Virus record (IMG/VR): IMGVR_UViG_3300049432_000151
Location: 21,050 to 85,049 of that record
Strand: one strand, 5' to 3'
Length of the DNA: 64,000 nucleotides
DNA from: a virus
Shown: piece by piece, positions 28,101 to 37,900 of the stretch
Position numbering within the stretch: the first letter of the stretch is position 1
Layout of the letters: each line of letters begins with the position of its first letter
Translations under genes and position numbers: made by a program
The notes under the pieces: generated by a model
Told to the model about the DNA's origin: nothing
Databases searched by the model: none
Seen by the model: only the letters and a program-made list of their open reading frames with translations

Positions 28101-28288
28101 GCGCGACTGGCACAGCAGCGCCGCCGCTTCCACTCTTTCACTTGCGCAACATCAACGTAAACGGCACCACGATCACGCGACCCGCAATCGGGTTTTACAA
28201 CTCACTCTCGGCGGCGTGGAATCTCACGACGGCGAACCTCGCAGCCGGCAAGGAAATCCGGGTCAAATTCCTCGGCTACATCAAATGA
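25196..28288 (+). CDS. Long tail-fibre-like protein with Sec signal peptide
   Basis: AAGGAG RBS then MMKRLAIAVLLMLTLPASA/Q; KAPLASP(T/A)(F/L)TGT x3 and TPSAPTAAVDTNTTQIATTAYV (classic phage fibre repeat); six G(D/N)(G/A)TTS repeats. Confidence 0.8.
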   Translation: MMKRLAIAVLLMLTLPASAQYNRPSTSTSTYIWAFKPTAVAPPVAETGVGKIYLDPTCGCLKWSYSGSVWANLYTPGLVYVATFNGRTQAVVPANGDYTATQVTNTPAGAVAGTTVQSALNELDTEKAPLASPTFTGTVTVPSPFTLGATSITVTGTEINRLAGVASNVQTQIDAKAPLASPALTGTPSAPTAAVDTNTTQIATTAYVVGQAYLKSATAASTYETQAAHAADVSTINAAIALKAPLASPTFTGTVTAPSITGGITPGTASTSTTIAKSGIGSSVAVQVQASAAADRALMSLSAGDGTTSGRFSFVDYIANETTPQRWRAGMNGTKDFVVRDETGTRTPISIAQSDGTIILTAPSAAAVFMNTGYARLRHAAAGNTTFDVQSNGAANNASIGIMSGDGTTSSRFAVVSFASSETVPQSWATGMYSSKNWVVRDDTAGRTPISIAQTDGLVSIANGLSVTSASGNTFVAITTVADAVARVHANSATHAAQVDVVSGNATTSSRNSFIRIRSSETATQEWRIGMEASKNFSINDTTAGKSRIVLRQDVPGLVGINGSPSAGTLDVRPADGSVAASVAATAPNTTGAATVRVSSGDGTTSARAAYLDVVSSETSTQRWIAGMNGTKNFVVTDITGSRTPISVAQTDGGVTFSARIGVGVAAATGLERIKGYGTDASEYLTIENASTTGASIMNSVAGNGTTSSRNSYLRLFSNETITQEWRAGMQGDKTYRIRNQTASRDQMVFRDDLAYVGINATPSYHLDVQDATASATVRVRSSAAATNAIFRAEGGSGTSVAGVILSAGDGTTSNRNAYTQFVANETSSQTWNAGMVGSKDWRISDATGARVPLSIAQTDGLVTFANGLDASTGDQRVKGYKLQAFTLRIVNTAGVIQHSIFATSTAFATTITGATATLANTPTVDAATPFVSGGGLMSGATENFVFDTATAQGVEIIGVASVEFYSAGATGTAAPPLPLFHLRNINVNGTTITRPAIGFYNSLSAAWNLTTANLAAGKEIRVKFLGYIK

Positions 28289-28698
28289 GCATGCGTAACC
28301 GCATCGCCTCTGTCGTCGTGACCATTGGCCTCATCGCGGCCACGCTGGGCAACGCGCTACTCCTCGTGAGCTGCGCGAGCGAGCGGACGGTGCGACGCGA
28401 GTCCGCGTACCTCCTCGCGGCGACGACCGCTGACATGGAAACGACGTTCGCCGTAGTACGCCGCGGAGGCGCCGAGGCCAACCCGGTCATGAAGCCCTTT
28501 GTAGACCGCGGCAGGCCTGCAACCTACGCGCTGCAGCTCGCGATCGACGGAGCACTCATCTGGTACGCGATGCGACTGAAAGAACGTGGCGACCCGCGAT
28601 GGCACTGGCCACTCCGGATCGTCGCATTCGGCCATCTCGGCGCAGCAACTTGGAACGCGACACAGATCCGCAAAGCGGAGAAGGATAAAGATCGATGA
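28285..28698 (+). CDS. Membrane protein, DUF5658-like
   Basis: ADMETT...GGAEANP motif with hydrophobic helices; ATGA overlaps on both sides. Confidence 0.6.
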   Translation: MSMRNRIASVVVTIGLIAATLGNALLLVSCASERTVRRESAYLLAATTADMETTFAVVRRGGAEANPVMKPFVDRGRPATYALQLAIDGALIWYAMRLKERGDPRWHWPLRIVAFGHLGAATWNATQIRKAEKDKDR

Positions 28699-29126
28699 AA
28701 CGATTCACTCTCGCAGCACTCCTCCTGCTCGTCTCGCTCTCAGCATTCGGCGACGGCAAGGTCGTCACGCCTGCGCCGGAGGATCCGGTCGAGGCATGGC
28801 GCTTCCTCGACGTTCGCAACGCGATCGCTGATCCGGCCGCGCCTGTGGCCATCATCGAGGTGGGCTACTTCACAAAGTCGGGTAAGTTTCATCACGCCTC
28901 GACGGTGAACCTGCAGGGCCCGGCGTATCACCAGTTCCTCGGCGCGATCGTCACCGTGGCCGATGCCGCCTACGAAGCGACCCTGACCATGATGGTGACC
29001 AAGGCCGACGGAACGACGGTGACCGTCCCCGACACTCAGTCGATCTTCCGCTTCCGCATCGCGAAATACCTTCTCGCTATCGGCGAGCTGCCCGCCAGCG
29101 TCACCGCCGAGAAGCTCCCGAAGTAA
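28695..29126 (+). CDS. Secreted hypothetical protein (possible fibre chaperone)
   Basis: MKRFTLAALLLLVSLSAFG signal peptide; AAGGA RBS. Confidence 0.6.
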   Translation: MKRFTLAALLLLVSLSAFGDGKVVTPAPEDPVEAWRFLDVRNAIADPAAPVAIIEVGYFTKSGKFHHASTVNLQGPAYHQFLGAIVTVADAAYEATLTMMVTKADGTTVTVPDTQSIFRFRIAKYLLAIGELPASVTAEKLPK

Positions 29127-29135
29127 GGAACTGAC

Positions 29136-29699
29136 ATGCTCGTCACTCCCGAAGAGGCGGCCTCCTTCATCGGAGGCGAAGCGAACGCCCAAGATCCGAC
29201 TCTCGTGCGCCTGACGGCAGCCGTCTGCTCCGCCGTACAGAAATCGTGTGGCCGCTTCTTCGAGTACGCCGAGAGAACCGACTACGTGCGCGGCTTCGGG
29301 CTCGACTACGTCTTTCTCACGGACGCGCCGATCGCCGAGATTGTCGAGGTGCGCATTGATCCGACCGGCTTGTTCGCCGGCGGGACCGTGCCGATCGATC
29401 AATTCTTCTTCCGTCCGGGAGAGGATGACCGCCGGCTTTGGTGGCGAAACGGTAAGTTTCCCGAAGCCGACATCGTAGCGCGCGTCACTCGGCGCGCGGG
29501 GTATCAGGTAACCGGCGACACCCAGCCACAGCTGCCCGCCGACATCAAGACGGTCATCCTCGATGAGATCGCGGCGCGGATACAGCGTGGTTCGGCCGAG
29601 GTGATGAAGTCGGAGACGATCGGCAGCTACAGCTACACCAGATTTGACGGTGCGTTCAATCCTCAGAACCTCGCGTGGCTGCGCCCTTACCGGCTATGA
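29136..29699 (+). CDS. Head-tail connector (gp6/gp15-like)
   Basis: MLVTPEEAASFIG...AGY...LPADIK...KSETIGSYSYT...LRPYR. Confidence 0.85.
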   Translation: MLVTPEEAASFIGGEANAQDPTLVRLTAAVCSAVQKSCGRFFEYAERTDYVRGFGLDYVFLTDAPIAEIVEVRIDPTGLFAGGTVPIDQFFFRPGEDDRRLWWRNGKFPEADIVARVTRRAGYQVTGDTQPQLPADIKTVILDEIAARIQRGSAEVMKSETIGSYSYTRFDGAFNPQNLAWLRPYRL

Positions 29700-30016
29700 A
29701 CAATCTCCTTCGGCACCGCTGCGCGATCGAACGACGGGACGCAGTCCAGGCTAGCGCCTCCGGCGAAACCATTCAGAACTGGCAGACGATCGCGGATGGC
29801 GTTCCGTGCCTACTCGATGCGAAGGGCGGCTCCGCGCGGCAAGGCGAGTACGGTCGTACGACGCCCGTCAACTTCGTCGGCTTCTTCCGGTGGATGACCG
29901 ATCTCCAGGTGGACGATCGCATCGTGGTGAACGATCAACGCTACGCCGTCACCTTTCTCGCGGACCGTAGCGGGCACCACATCGAGGCGGACCTAGCGCT
30001 CGTAATCGCACCGTGA
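29696..30016 (+). CDS. Head closure/head-tail joining protein
   Basis: HRCAIER...GETIQNWQTIADGVPC...DRIVVNDQRY; expected synteny. Confidence 0.8.
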   Translation: MNNLLRHRCAIERRDAVQASASGETIQNWQTIADGVPCLLDAKGGSARQGEYGRTTPVNFVGFFRWMTDLQVDDRIVVNDQRYAVTFLADRSGHHIEADLALVIAP

Positions 30017-30423
30017 GCGTCGAGTGGGATCCGAAATTTGATGCGCAGCTCGATGACGTCATCCGGAAGAAGCTCACGAACATCGTCCGTCGAATAGCGC
30101 GAAAGGTTGACGACCTGTTTCGATTGCCGAAGTCGGGCCGCTTCTACGGTAAGCATCAAGCCTCCGCACCAGGCGAGGCTCCGGGCATTGAGACGGCCGC
30201 GCTGCGAAAAAGCGTGACAACGTCCGTACAGAAAGTGGGCGACTCCTGGGCGGGAGACGTCGGCCCCTCACTGCAATCAGGTCGGGCGGAGATCGCCAGC
30301 ATGCTGGAGTTCGGAACGTCGAACATCGAGCCCCGACCAGCCTGGCGGCCGGCACTTGAAGCGGTCATCGCTGAAGAAGAGCGAGTTGGCAGCAACACAG
30401 TCACAATCACAACGGAGGCCTGA
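30013..30423 (+). CDS. HK97 gp10-like neck/tail protein
   Basis: ASAPGEAP...LEFGTSNIEPRPAWRPAL. Confidence 0.85.
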   Translation: MSVEWDPKFDAQLDDVIRKKLTNIVRRIARKVDDLFRLPKSGRFYGKHQASAPGEAPGIETAALRKSVTTSVQKVGDSWAGDVGPSLQSGRAEIASMLEFGTSNIEPRPAWRPALEAVIAEEERVGSNTVTITTEA

Positions 30424-30836
30424 TGCAGAGTGTCAAGCAGAGTCTCCGCGCGCGAGCGATCGCGGACGCGACGCTCGTTGCCGCGTTGGGTGGGCAGTAC
30501 TTCTATCACCGCAATCCCGCAACGTCGCTCAGTCAGCTGCTGACCGATGCGACCAAAGCGGTCGTGACGTACTGGCTCGTCGTCGGAACGCCGGATGAGG
30601 AACTGCCGAGGTCCGACGAGTTGTATCAGATGGACATTTGGTCGAAGACCGCAGACAAGAACGACGCGGTCGCGGAGCTGCTCGTTGCACGCTTCGATCA
30701 GAAGCCGCTCGCTATGACAGGCCGCCGGCTCGGCCGCATCGTGCACGTCGCTCCAGTGCTCGAGTTCTATGAGCCCGAGACCGAGCTTCACCACAAAGCG
30801 ATTCAGTTTCGAATCATCAGCTACGCCGCATCGTAA
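30423..30836 (+). CDS. Tail completion/terminator protein
   Basis: YQMDIWSK...YEPETELHHKAIQF; synteny. Confidence 0.75.
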   Translation: MQSVKQSLRARAIADATLVAALGGQYFYHRNPATSLSQLLTDATKAVVTYWLVVGTPDEELPRSDELYQMDIWSKTADKNDAVAELLVARFDQKPLAMTGRRLGRIVHVAPVLEFYEPETELHHKAIQFRIISYAAS

Positions 30837-30897
30837 CCAACTTTCGGCCGTTCGGCCGGCTCACCACCAATCTCAAACCGCATAGAAGGAGATCACC

Positions 30898-31464
30898 ATG
30901 GGTGACGTAGCGAAACTTTTCAACGGGCCGGTGCAGATGCTTATCGACATCGCCGGCTCGCTCGCCGACATCGGCTTCACGAAGGGCGGCCTGAAGATCG
31001 ATGTGACGCCGAAGGTGCAGGCGTTCACCGTTGATCAGCAGGGCGACACTGAAGTGAAGCGCGTGCTCAAAGGTGTCGACGTGAAGGTGATGTTCTCCTG
31101 CGCCGAGTACACGCTCGACAATCTGAAGCGTGCGCTGGTCAATGGCATCACCCTTCAAGACGACGTTACGGCCACGAAGAAGAAGCTGTCCATCCGTCCT
31201 CTCGCTGGAAAGTCGTTGGCGGGGACGAAGTGGGTCTTTAAGCCGATCGATCCGCTGACCGGCGTCGGCAGCATCGATGCGAACACGTGGGTCACGGTGC
31301 CGAAAGGCGTTCCGGATGAATCCACTGTGTCGCTCCTTCTGTCTCCGGACGACCTGACGCTGATCCCGATCACGCTCGACTGTCTCCCGGATAGCGCGAA
31401 CAAAGATGAGGTCATCTTCTTCGGCGACGGCTCCGTCGTCGACGCGAACGAGTCCGGCTTCTAA
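30898..31464 (+). CDS. Major tail (tube) protein
   Basis: DIGFTKGGLKI...AEYTLDNL; AAGGAG RBS; synteny. Confidence 0.8.
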   Translation: MGDVAKLFNGPVQMLIDIAGSLADIGFTKGGLKIDVTPKVQAFTVDQQGDTEVKRVLKGVDVKVMFSCAEYTLDNLKRALVNGITLQDDVTATKKKLSIRPLAGKSLAGTKWVFKPIDPLTGVGSIDANTWVTVPKGVPDESTVSLLLSPDDLTLIPITLDCLPDSANKDEVIFFGDGSVVDANESGF

Positions 31465-31504
31465 ACGAAAGGACGGGGAGGCTTGCCCTCCCCGCCTCAA
31501 TTCA

Positions 31505-31855
31505 ATGTCAGAAACGAAACCGACCGAAGTTATCGATGCGGACGCGTTCGATCCGCTCCCGACCCGCCAGGTCAAAATCGGCAGCAGCGCGTACGGCGCT
31601 CTCTCGGTCCTCGACGTGGACCAGCTGACGCTCATGAAGCTGAAGCGATTCGATGACCACCTGAAGCTGCTCGAGCTGAATGAGCAGATCGCGTTCATCT
31701 CCGGCCTGATCATGAAGTTCGTTCCGACGCTGCCGTCCGAAGTCCTTTCCGACTGGCCTGCGAACAAGCTGATCTGGCTCCTCGGCAAGGTGACGGCTCC
31801 GCCCAAAGGCGAGGTGGCCGACCCTTTAGCGATGAGCCCAGCCGCATCGAATTAG
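31505..31855 (+). CDS. Tail assembly chaperone (gpG-like)
   Basis: Between tail tube and tape measure genes; ends after a slippery heptamer. Confidence 0.75.
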   Translation: MSETKPTEVIDADAFDPLPTRQVKIGSSAYGALSVLDVDQLTLMKLKRFDDHLKLLELNEQIAFISGLIMKFVPTLPSEVLSDWPANKLIWLLGKVTAPPKGEVADPLAMSPAASN

Positions 31856-32133
31856 CGCAGCAGTTTGCGGCTCTCGCTGCGTTCTACGGCTGGGATCACG
31901 ATTCGATGATGGGACTGTCGTCGCGTCAGGTGCAGGCGTATCACCGGCAGATCGGCCGCCTCCGAGCCGCGAACGACATGCGTCTGCTGAGGATCATCCG
32001 AGCGCCTCATCTGAAGCCGGACGCGCAGAACGATCTGTGGCGTGAGCTGCAGCAGGAAGCGCGCGGCACCCCTGAGAAGACGATCACAGTTTCCAACAAC
32101 GAAGAACTGAAGCATCTGCTACGCAGACAGTGA
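31822..32133 (+). CDS. Tail assembly chaperone gpT part, reached by -1 frameshift at C CCT TTA (31822-31828)
   Basis: In-phase XXXYYYZ heptamer; the -1 frame is open from the site to 32133 (SDEPSRIELAQQFAALAAFYGWDHDSMMGL...). Confidence 0.75.
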   Translation, partial: PFSDEPSRIELAQQFAALAAFYGWDHDSMMGLSSRQVQAYHRQIGRLRAANDMRLLRIIRAPHLKPDAQNDLWRELQQEARGTPEKTITVSNNEELKHLLRRQ

Positions 32134-32141
32134 GGTAATCG

Positions 32142-33644
32142 ATGGGTCTACTCGGCAAATGGTTTGTCCGCGTCGAAGTCGACAAGGGCAAGGCGACGCG
32201 TGACGTCCGCCAATTTGAAGCCGACGTAGATCGTTCAGCAAAGGCGGTTCAGCGTTCTACCAAGCAGCTGGGTGGCGAATCGTTCAACCAGCTGAAGCGC
32301 GCGACGATGGGTTTCGACAACGTCGCGGAATCACTCGGCGACGTTGGCGGGAAAGCCGGCTCTCTCGTCGGAAAGATCACCCTCGTTACCCTCGCGCTGC
32401 AGCAGGGCTGGAGGGTCGGCCGATCGTTCGGGCAGGCGATCGGCGTCAACTACGCAGCGTGGGACGGTCTGATTGGCAGCATCAAGACCCACACAAAAAG
32501 CGTCGTCGACAACATCGGCGACATCGAGCTCGCGCTGCTGCGAATCGCCACACTGCAGAACGTCGACGTCAACCAGGGCAACCTTCTCGCTCCGATCAAA
32601 GCCGGCAGCAGTCTTCGCGGAGCGCGCATGGGAATGTACATGGCGGATCCCGGTGCCGAGCTGGCGAAGCAGTTCCGGACCGAGCAGGAGAAGCTGGCCG
32701 ACGTTATGGGCACCCGCCTGCTTCAGATGGACATTGAGGCCGCGCAGGTGACGAACAACACGGTCCGTCTTCGCGACCTGACGCTCCAGATGATCGAGCG
32801 ACAGGCCTACGAACTGAAGCAGCAGGGCTTCGATGAAACCGCGATTAAGTACCTCACCGATCGCGCCAAGGCCGTGGAGCGGCTCAGAGCAGCGGAGGAA
32901 GACCGGCTCCCCACGTCCGGTGGTCCCGGCTTCTTGTCGGCGAAGCTGATGACCCCGCAAACCGACGAAGAGGGACGACTCGCTGCAGCGGCGCAGTCGA
33001 ACGACTTTGCCGCGGCGGTGGCCTCAGGAGCGCGCTCCTTCGCCGGGGCTAACCTGACGGCCGCTCGCACGACACTTGGCAAGCTTTCCGACGAGTACCG
33101 TCGCAACGCCGAGACTATGGTGAACGTCTACCGCGATGCGACGATGGCGGTTGAGGGGCTGTTCACGGACGTTCTGTACGCCGGAATCACCGGCAACCTC
33201 GATCAGATCGATGACGCATTCAAAGCGACACTGAAAAGCATCGCGCGCGAGATCTCGAGCTTCCTGGCGCAGAAAGCGGTGATGAAGCTCTTCGGTATGG
33301 CGCTCGGTGCCGGCGGCGGATTCGTGGCCGCGGCGGACGGCGGCGTGTTCAAGGGCGGCATCTCAACGCCGATGCGCGCATTCGCGTCAGGCGGCGTCGT
33401 GACTCAGCCCACCGTCGGCCTCGTCGGGGAGGGTCGATACAACGAAGCCGTCGTGCCTCTGCCTGACGGCAACTCGATACCGGTGGTTATGAGCGGCGAC
33501 CGCGAGGTCGTGGTTCGCATCACGAACATGCTGGTCAATGATCCTGCCGCCGCTCGCGTGTCATCGGAGGAGATTATCAACACCGTTCAGACAGACATCC
33601 TCCGCGGCGGTCCGACCTACCGCGCGATCCGGTCGAGGAAATAG
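32142..33644 (+). CDS. Tail tape measure protein
   Basis: 500 aa, Ala/Gly-rich helical; C-terminal FASGGVVTQPT..VGEGRYNEAVVPL. Confidence 0.85.
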   Translation: MGLLGKWFVRVEVDKGKATRDVRQFEADVDRSAKAVQRSTKQLGGESFNQLKRATMGFDNVAESLGDVGGKAGSLVGKITLVTLALQQGWRVGRSFGQAIGVNYAAWDGLIGSIKTHTKSVVDNIGDIELALLRIATLQNVDVNQGNLLAPIKAGSSLRGARMGMYMADPGAELAKQFRTEQEKLADVMGTRLLQMDIEAAQVTNNTVRLRDLTLQMIERQAYELKQQGFDETAIKYLTDRAKAVERLRAAEEDRLPTSGGPGFLSAKLMTPQTDEEGRLAAAAQSNDFAAAVASGARSFAGANLTAARTTLGKLSDEYRRNAETMVNVYRDATMAVEGLFTDVLYAGITGNLDQIDDAFKATLKSIAREISSFLAQKAVMKLFGMALGAGGGFVAAADGGVFKGGISTPMRAFASGGVVTQPTVGLVGEGRYNEAVVPLPDGNSIPVVMSGDREVVVRITNMLVNDPAAARVSSEEIINTVQTDILRGGPTYRAIRSRK

Positions 33645-33647
33645 CCA

Positions 33648-34022
33648 GTGCCGGCATACGAGGAGTTCCCGGTACTGTCGGACGAAGCGGTCATCCGTCA
33701 CGGCAGGTTCAAGTACCAGCGGCCGAACGTGAAGACCGACTACGAGGCCGGGCCCGAAGAGGTTCGGCTCCTGACGAGTCAGGGTCGGTACAGCGAGATA
33801 CCAGTCACGATGGTGCTCCGCGCTGACACGGACTTTCAAACTGTGATGACGTTCCTGGAAGCGCGCGGCATGGAAGCGGAGCCGTTCTACTACACGCATC
33901 CGTTCCTCGGTCGCGGGCTCGTTCGCTACAACTCCAGCGAGCTGGAAATCGATCCGATCATCAACGGCAACCCGGCTTGGTTCCAAATCGAACTGGTCTT
34001 CCGAGGTCAGTGGAATGCTTAG
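33648..34022 (+). CDS. Distal tail protein (lambda gpM-like)
   Basis: FLEARGMEAEPFYYTHP; synteny. Confidence 0.7.
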   Translation: MPAYEEFPVLSDEAVIRHGRFKYQRPNVKTDYEAGPEEVRLLTSQGRYSEIPVTMVLRADTDFQTVMTFLEARGMEAEPFYYTHPFLGRGLVRYNSSELEIDPIINGNPAWFQIELVFRGQWNA

Positions 34023-34575
34023 CATCCCAGCGTTCGTCGCAGAGAAGGAGAAGCGCTCCGGGAAGGCGTTTCTCCACCTGCTCGAGATCGAATACTCGGA
34101 CGGACAGTTCGTGAGGTACGTCCGGTACGACAAGCCGAACAGCGGCTGGGAAACTGAGCCGGGACAATGGCAGTCGTCGATCGCGCCCGACGGCTCACCA
34201 CTCCTCTTCGAGGGTGTCTTCTGGTCGCCATTCCCGATGTCAAAGCCGACACGGTCAGAGTCAGCGAACGGAGAGATTCCGGTACTCGACATCTCAATCT
34301 CCGGCGTAGGCCGAGAGATCGCTTCAATACTCGAGTTCTACGATATAGAGCAGCGGCCCGGGCGCACCGTCCGCGTTCACCCGGATCATCTCGCGGATCC
34401 GACAGCGAAGCGGGAATCGAAGTTCATCGTGAAGTCCGCGCGCGTGCTCGCCAACACCGCGATCATCACGGTGACACCGCTCATCTTCGACCCGCTGGCG
34501 ACGTACCTCCCGCGGCAACGCGTCAGCTCGGCGAAGTTCCCCGGGATCCTCGGCGCCGGTCACTCCATTCGATAA
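34015..34575 (+). CDS. Tail tip protein (gpL/DUF1833-like)
   Basis: LLEIEY...FEGVFWSPFP...GEIPVLDISIS; synteny. Confidence 0.7.
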   Translation: MLSIPAFVAEKEKRSGKAFLHLLEIEYSDGQFVRYVRYDKPNSGWETEPGQWQSSIAPDGSPLLFEGVFWSPFPMSKPTRSESANGEIPVLDISISGVGREIASILEFYDIEQRPGRTVRVHPDHLADPTAKRESKFIVKSARVLANTAIITVTPLIFDPLATYLPRQRVSSAKFPGILGAGHSIR

Positions 34576-34578
34576 CAC

Positions 34579-34920
34579 ATGCGATTCTCACAGCAGGCCG
34601 CGCAGGCTCTCACCAGCCTGGTCGGGATGAAGTACGCCCGGATGAATTGCTGGCGTGTCGTCCAGTTCGCGTACAACGTGCAAGGCGTAAAGCTGCCCGA
34701 CTACTGGTCAGCGCTTTCGCTGTTCCGAACGCTCGGTCCTACTGAGGAGCGTCAGCCGTTCGACGTGGCTGTCATTCGGAACCACTCGATCGTCACCAAC
34801 CACGTCGGCCTCTACCTCGGCGACGGTCAGATCCTGCACTCCATGGAAGACACAGGCGTCGTCTGTCAGCCGCTCTCGCGCATCGAGCGAGTGGTCGGCT
34901 TCCTCCGCCTCCACACCTGA
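34579..34920 (+). CDS. NlpC/P60 tail assembly protein (gpK-like)
   Basis: NCWRVV...NHVGLYLGDGQILH. Confidence 0.85.
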   Translation: MRFSQQAAQALTSLVGMKYARMNCWRVVQFAYNVQGVKLPDYWSALSLFRTLGPTEERQPFDVAVIRNHSIVTNHVGLYLGDGQILHSMEDTGVVCQPLSRIERVVGFLRLHT

Positions 34921-37900
34921 TGATCAAAGTTCACGTACCCACTGGCCTGCCGACCTCTGGCGGGAAGCTGGAGTTCTGCTCGTACGAGCGCGACTTCCGT
35001 CCTGGCGCTTCGGTCGCGGACTACCTGATCGAGCTGGCCATCCTGCCGGAGCTCGTGTCACACGTCATCTACAACGGCGGATCGCTCTCACCGGAGAAGA
35101 CTGTCCGGTATCGGACGAAGCCGAAGGGCTTCTGGCGCCGCATGCTCCGGCTGAGTCCCGCGAAAATCGCCGTCCTTCAGTCCGATCTCGAAGCAGCCAC
35201 ACCTCGCGACGGTGATGAGTTTCATGTCATCCCGAGCGTCGAAGGAAAGAACGCCGCTCAGATCCTCGGAGCGGTAAGTGCCGCCGTCGTCATTGCCGCC
35301 GGCTTCTACGTTGGCGGTCCATCTGGAGCTCTGTTCGCGGCGAAGGCTTGGGGTCTCTACGCGTACGCCGCTGGATCGTTCGCCGGCTCGCTGCTCACAC
35401 CGCGCGCGGACAACATCAAAGCGCCTGGCGACGACGGTCCGACAACTCACACGTGGGGCGGTCTGCTGAATGAAGACCGAGAGGGCGTTCCCGTCCCCAT
35501 TGTGTTCGGTAAGAACCGCACCGGCATCGTGCGTGTGGGCGCTTTCATCCGACGCAGCAAAGGCATTCCAGGTTACACGAATGGCGTCGAGACGCTGCAC
35601 ATCCTCGGGCTCGTCTCAGTCGGTCCGGTGCACTCGATCGGCGACATTCGGGTGAACGACCAGCCGTACACGAACTTCCCCGGCGTGACCGTCGAGACGC
35701 GCCTGGGCACAACAGGCCAAGCGCCGCTGAAGGGTTTCAGCGTTGTAGCTAACACGTTCCCGCTGAGTGTCGAGCTCACGCCGAGCGGCTACACCTATTC
35801 GACTCGCGCGAACTTTCCGGTTGATTCGCTTGAGGTGTTGCTCACGATCCCCGCTCTGTTCCACGTTGACGAGGATCGCGGCGAGCAGAAGACCAACGCG
35901 ACGCGTTACCGGTACCGCCATCGCCTGAAGGGTGGAGCCTTCGGAGCGTGGACGGATGTCGAGGTGAAACGCTCTTCGCGGAGCGCAGTGCTTGAGACCG
36001 TCCGCATCGAGAACCTCACACGCGGCGAGTACGACGTCGAGATCCAGTTTGTCAGCGCTGACCACGTCAATGACCAGCGTGATGCGTGGAAAATCTTCCT
36101 CACCGGTGTCACCGAGGAGCTGGAGGATCTACGCACGTATGACGGCTATGCAATGGTGGCTGTGCGCGCGATCGCGCGTGAGGACCTGAACGGGCAGATC
36201 CCGAACATCTCCGTACTCTGCGAAGGTCTCGAGCTGGAGACGTGGAACGGATCCGGGTTCACAGCGCCGGCGTACCTTTCCGGTGCCGAGGAAATCGGCC
36301 GTTCCCCGGCGTGGATCATTCTGAAGCTGCTGCGCGACCGATCCGTCAGGGATGCGGTAACAGGCGAATACACCTACGAGGCGTTCGGTCTCGGCGACTG
36401 GATCACGGACGATCAAATCGACCTCGACTCCTTCCTCACGCTCGCCGACCGCGCGAATGAGGCGGTAACCGCCAAGCGGATCGTGAAGGATTCGAACGGC
36501 GCTGAGAACGCCGAGGAGTTTCAGGAGCCGCGCTTCCTGCTCGACATCGTCGTCAACCAAGAGCAGCGCGCGCTCGAGCTCATTCGCACATTGTTGGCAA
36601 CGTGCCGGGCATTCCTTGTCTTCTCTGGCAACCAGTGGCGAGTTGTCTGCGAGATGCCCAAGACGCCGGTTCAGCTCTTCACGATGGGCAACATCAAGAA
36701 GGGTTCCTTCTCGATCGCCTACAACGCAGACCGGACAATCAACGCCCTCGTCCCGCAGTTCATCGACGCGGATCGCGACTACGAATTCACGACACACGAG
36801 CCGATCGACGGCCCGGGTGTGACGCACTACAACCAGCCGCGACGTAGCGAAAACCAGCAGTTTGTGGGCATCACGCGCCGGACTCAGGTCATCCGCGAAG
36901 CGCTCTACAACCTGAACAAGCGGTGGTACATCCGTCGGTTGATCGGGTTCACGGCCGGAACCGCCGGAATCCTTGCCGAAGCCGGAGATCTGATTCACGT
37001 ACAGCACGACATCCCGCAGTGGGGCTTCGGCGGTTGCGCGCTTGCGAGTACTCCCAACGGCCTCACCAGCTCGGACACTCTCGTCGTGCTCGGCCGCGAG
37101 GTCACCCTCGAGGCGGGTAAGACTTACCAGCTCGTCGTCCGATTCCAAGATGGATCCCATGACGAAGGTGAGTCTCGCACCGTAGCGGACGGCCCTGGGA
37201 CGTACAGTGCGCTCTACGTCACGACGCCGTTCTCACGCCCCGTACAGGAGAACGACATCTGGTGGTTCGGCGAGGTCTCGCCGCAGCCGTGCACCGTCGT
37301 TGAGATCGCTGAGACGGACGGCGACGAGGATGAGCGGCAGCTTCTCGCCGTCGAGTACAACGAGTCGATCGAGAACGACGAGACGGTCGTCGTCGTACCG
37401 CAGTTGTCGAACCTGCCGAGGTTCCTCGCTCCCCCTCCTCCGATCACATCGGGCGAAGCGAAAGAGATCATCTCCGCGCGCAACGATGGCCGGTGGTCAT
37501 CGACGATCGTCGTCCAGTGGACGCCACCGACAGCGCAGAGCGGCTACGGGGTTTACTCGCACGCCGATGTAGACATTTCGTTCGATGGCGGCACGTCGTG
37601 GGTGCCGGCGCCGAACGGCCAAGGGCTGGGCTCCGACTACCGCATCACGGACGCAGAGCACGGCACTCCGTACAAGTTCCGCATCACACCTATCTCCACA
37701 CGTGGTATCGCGAACCGGGCAGGCGCGTTCACGACAGCGTCACTGACGACACAGGGCAAAACGACCGCACCGCCGACACCGACCGGTTTCGTTGGTGCGG
37801 TGGAGGATGGCGTATTCCTCTTCTCGTGGAACCCGGTTGCAATCGATGACCTGCAGCGTGAGGTGGAGTACGAGGTTCGCACTTCGAATCCCGCTAACTG

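Noticed and set aside
30817-31806. 329-aa minus-strand ORF and similar long antisense ORFs across the phage operon
   Set aside because: Antisense shadows expected in high-GC coding DNA; no motifs.
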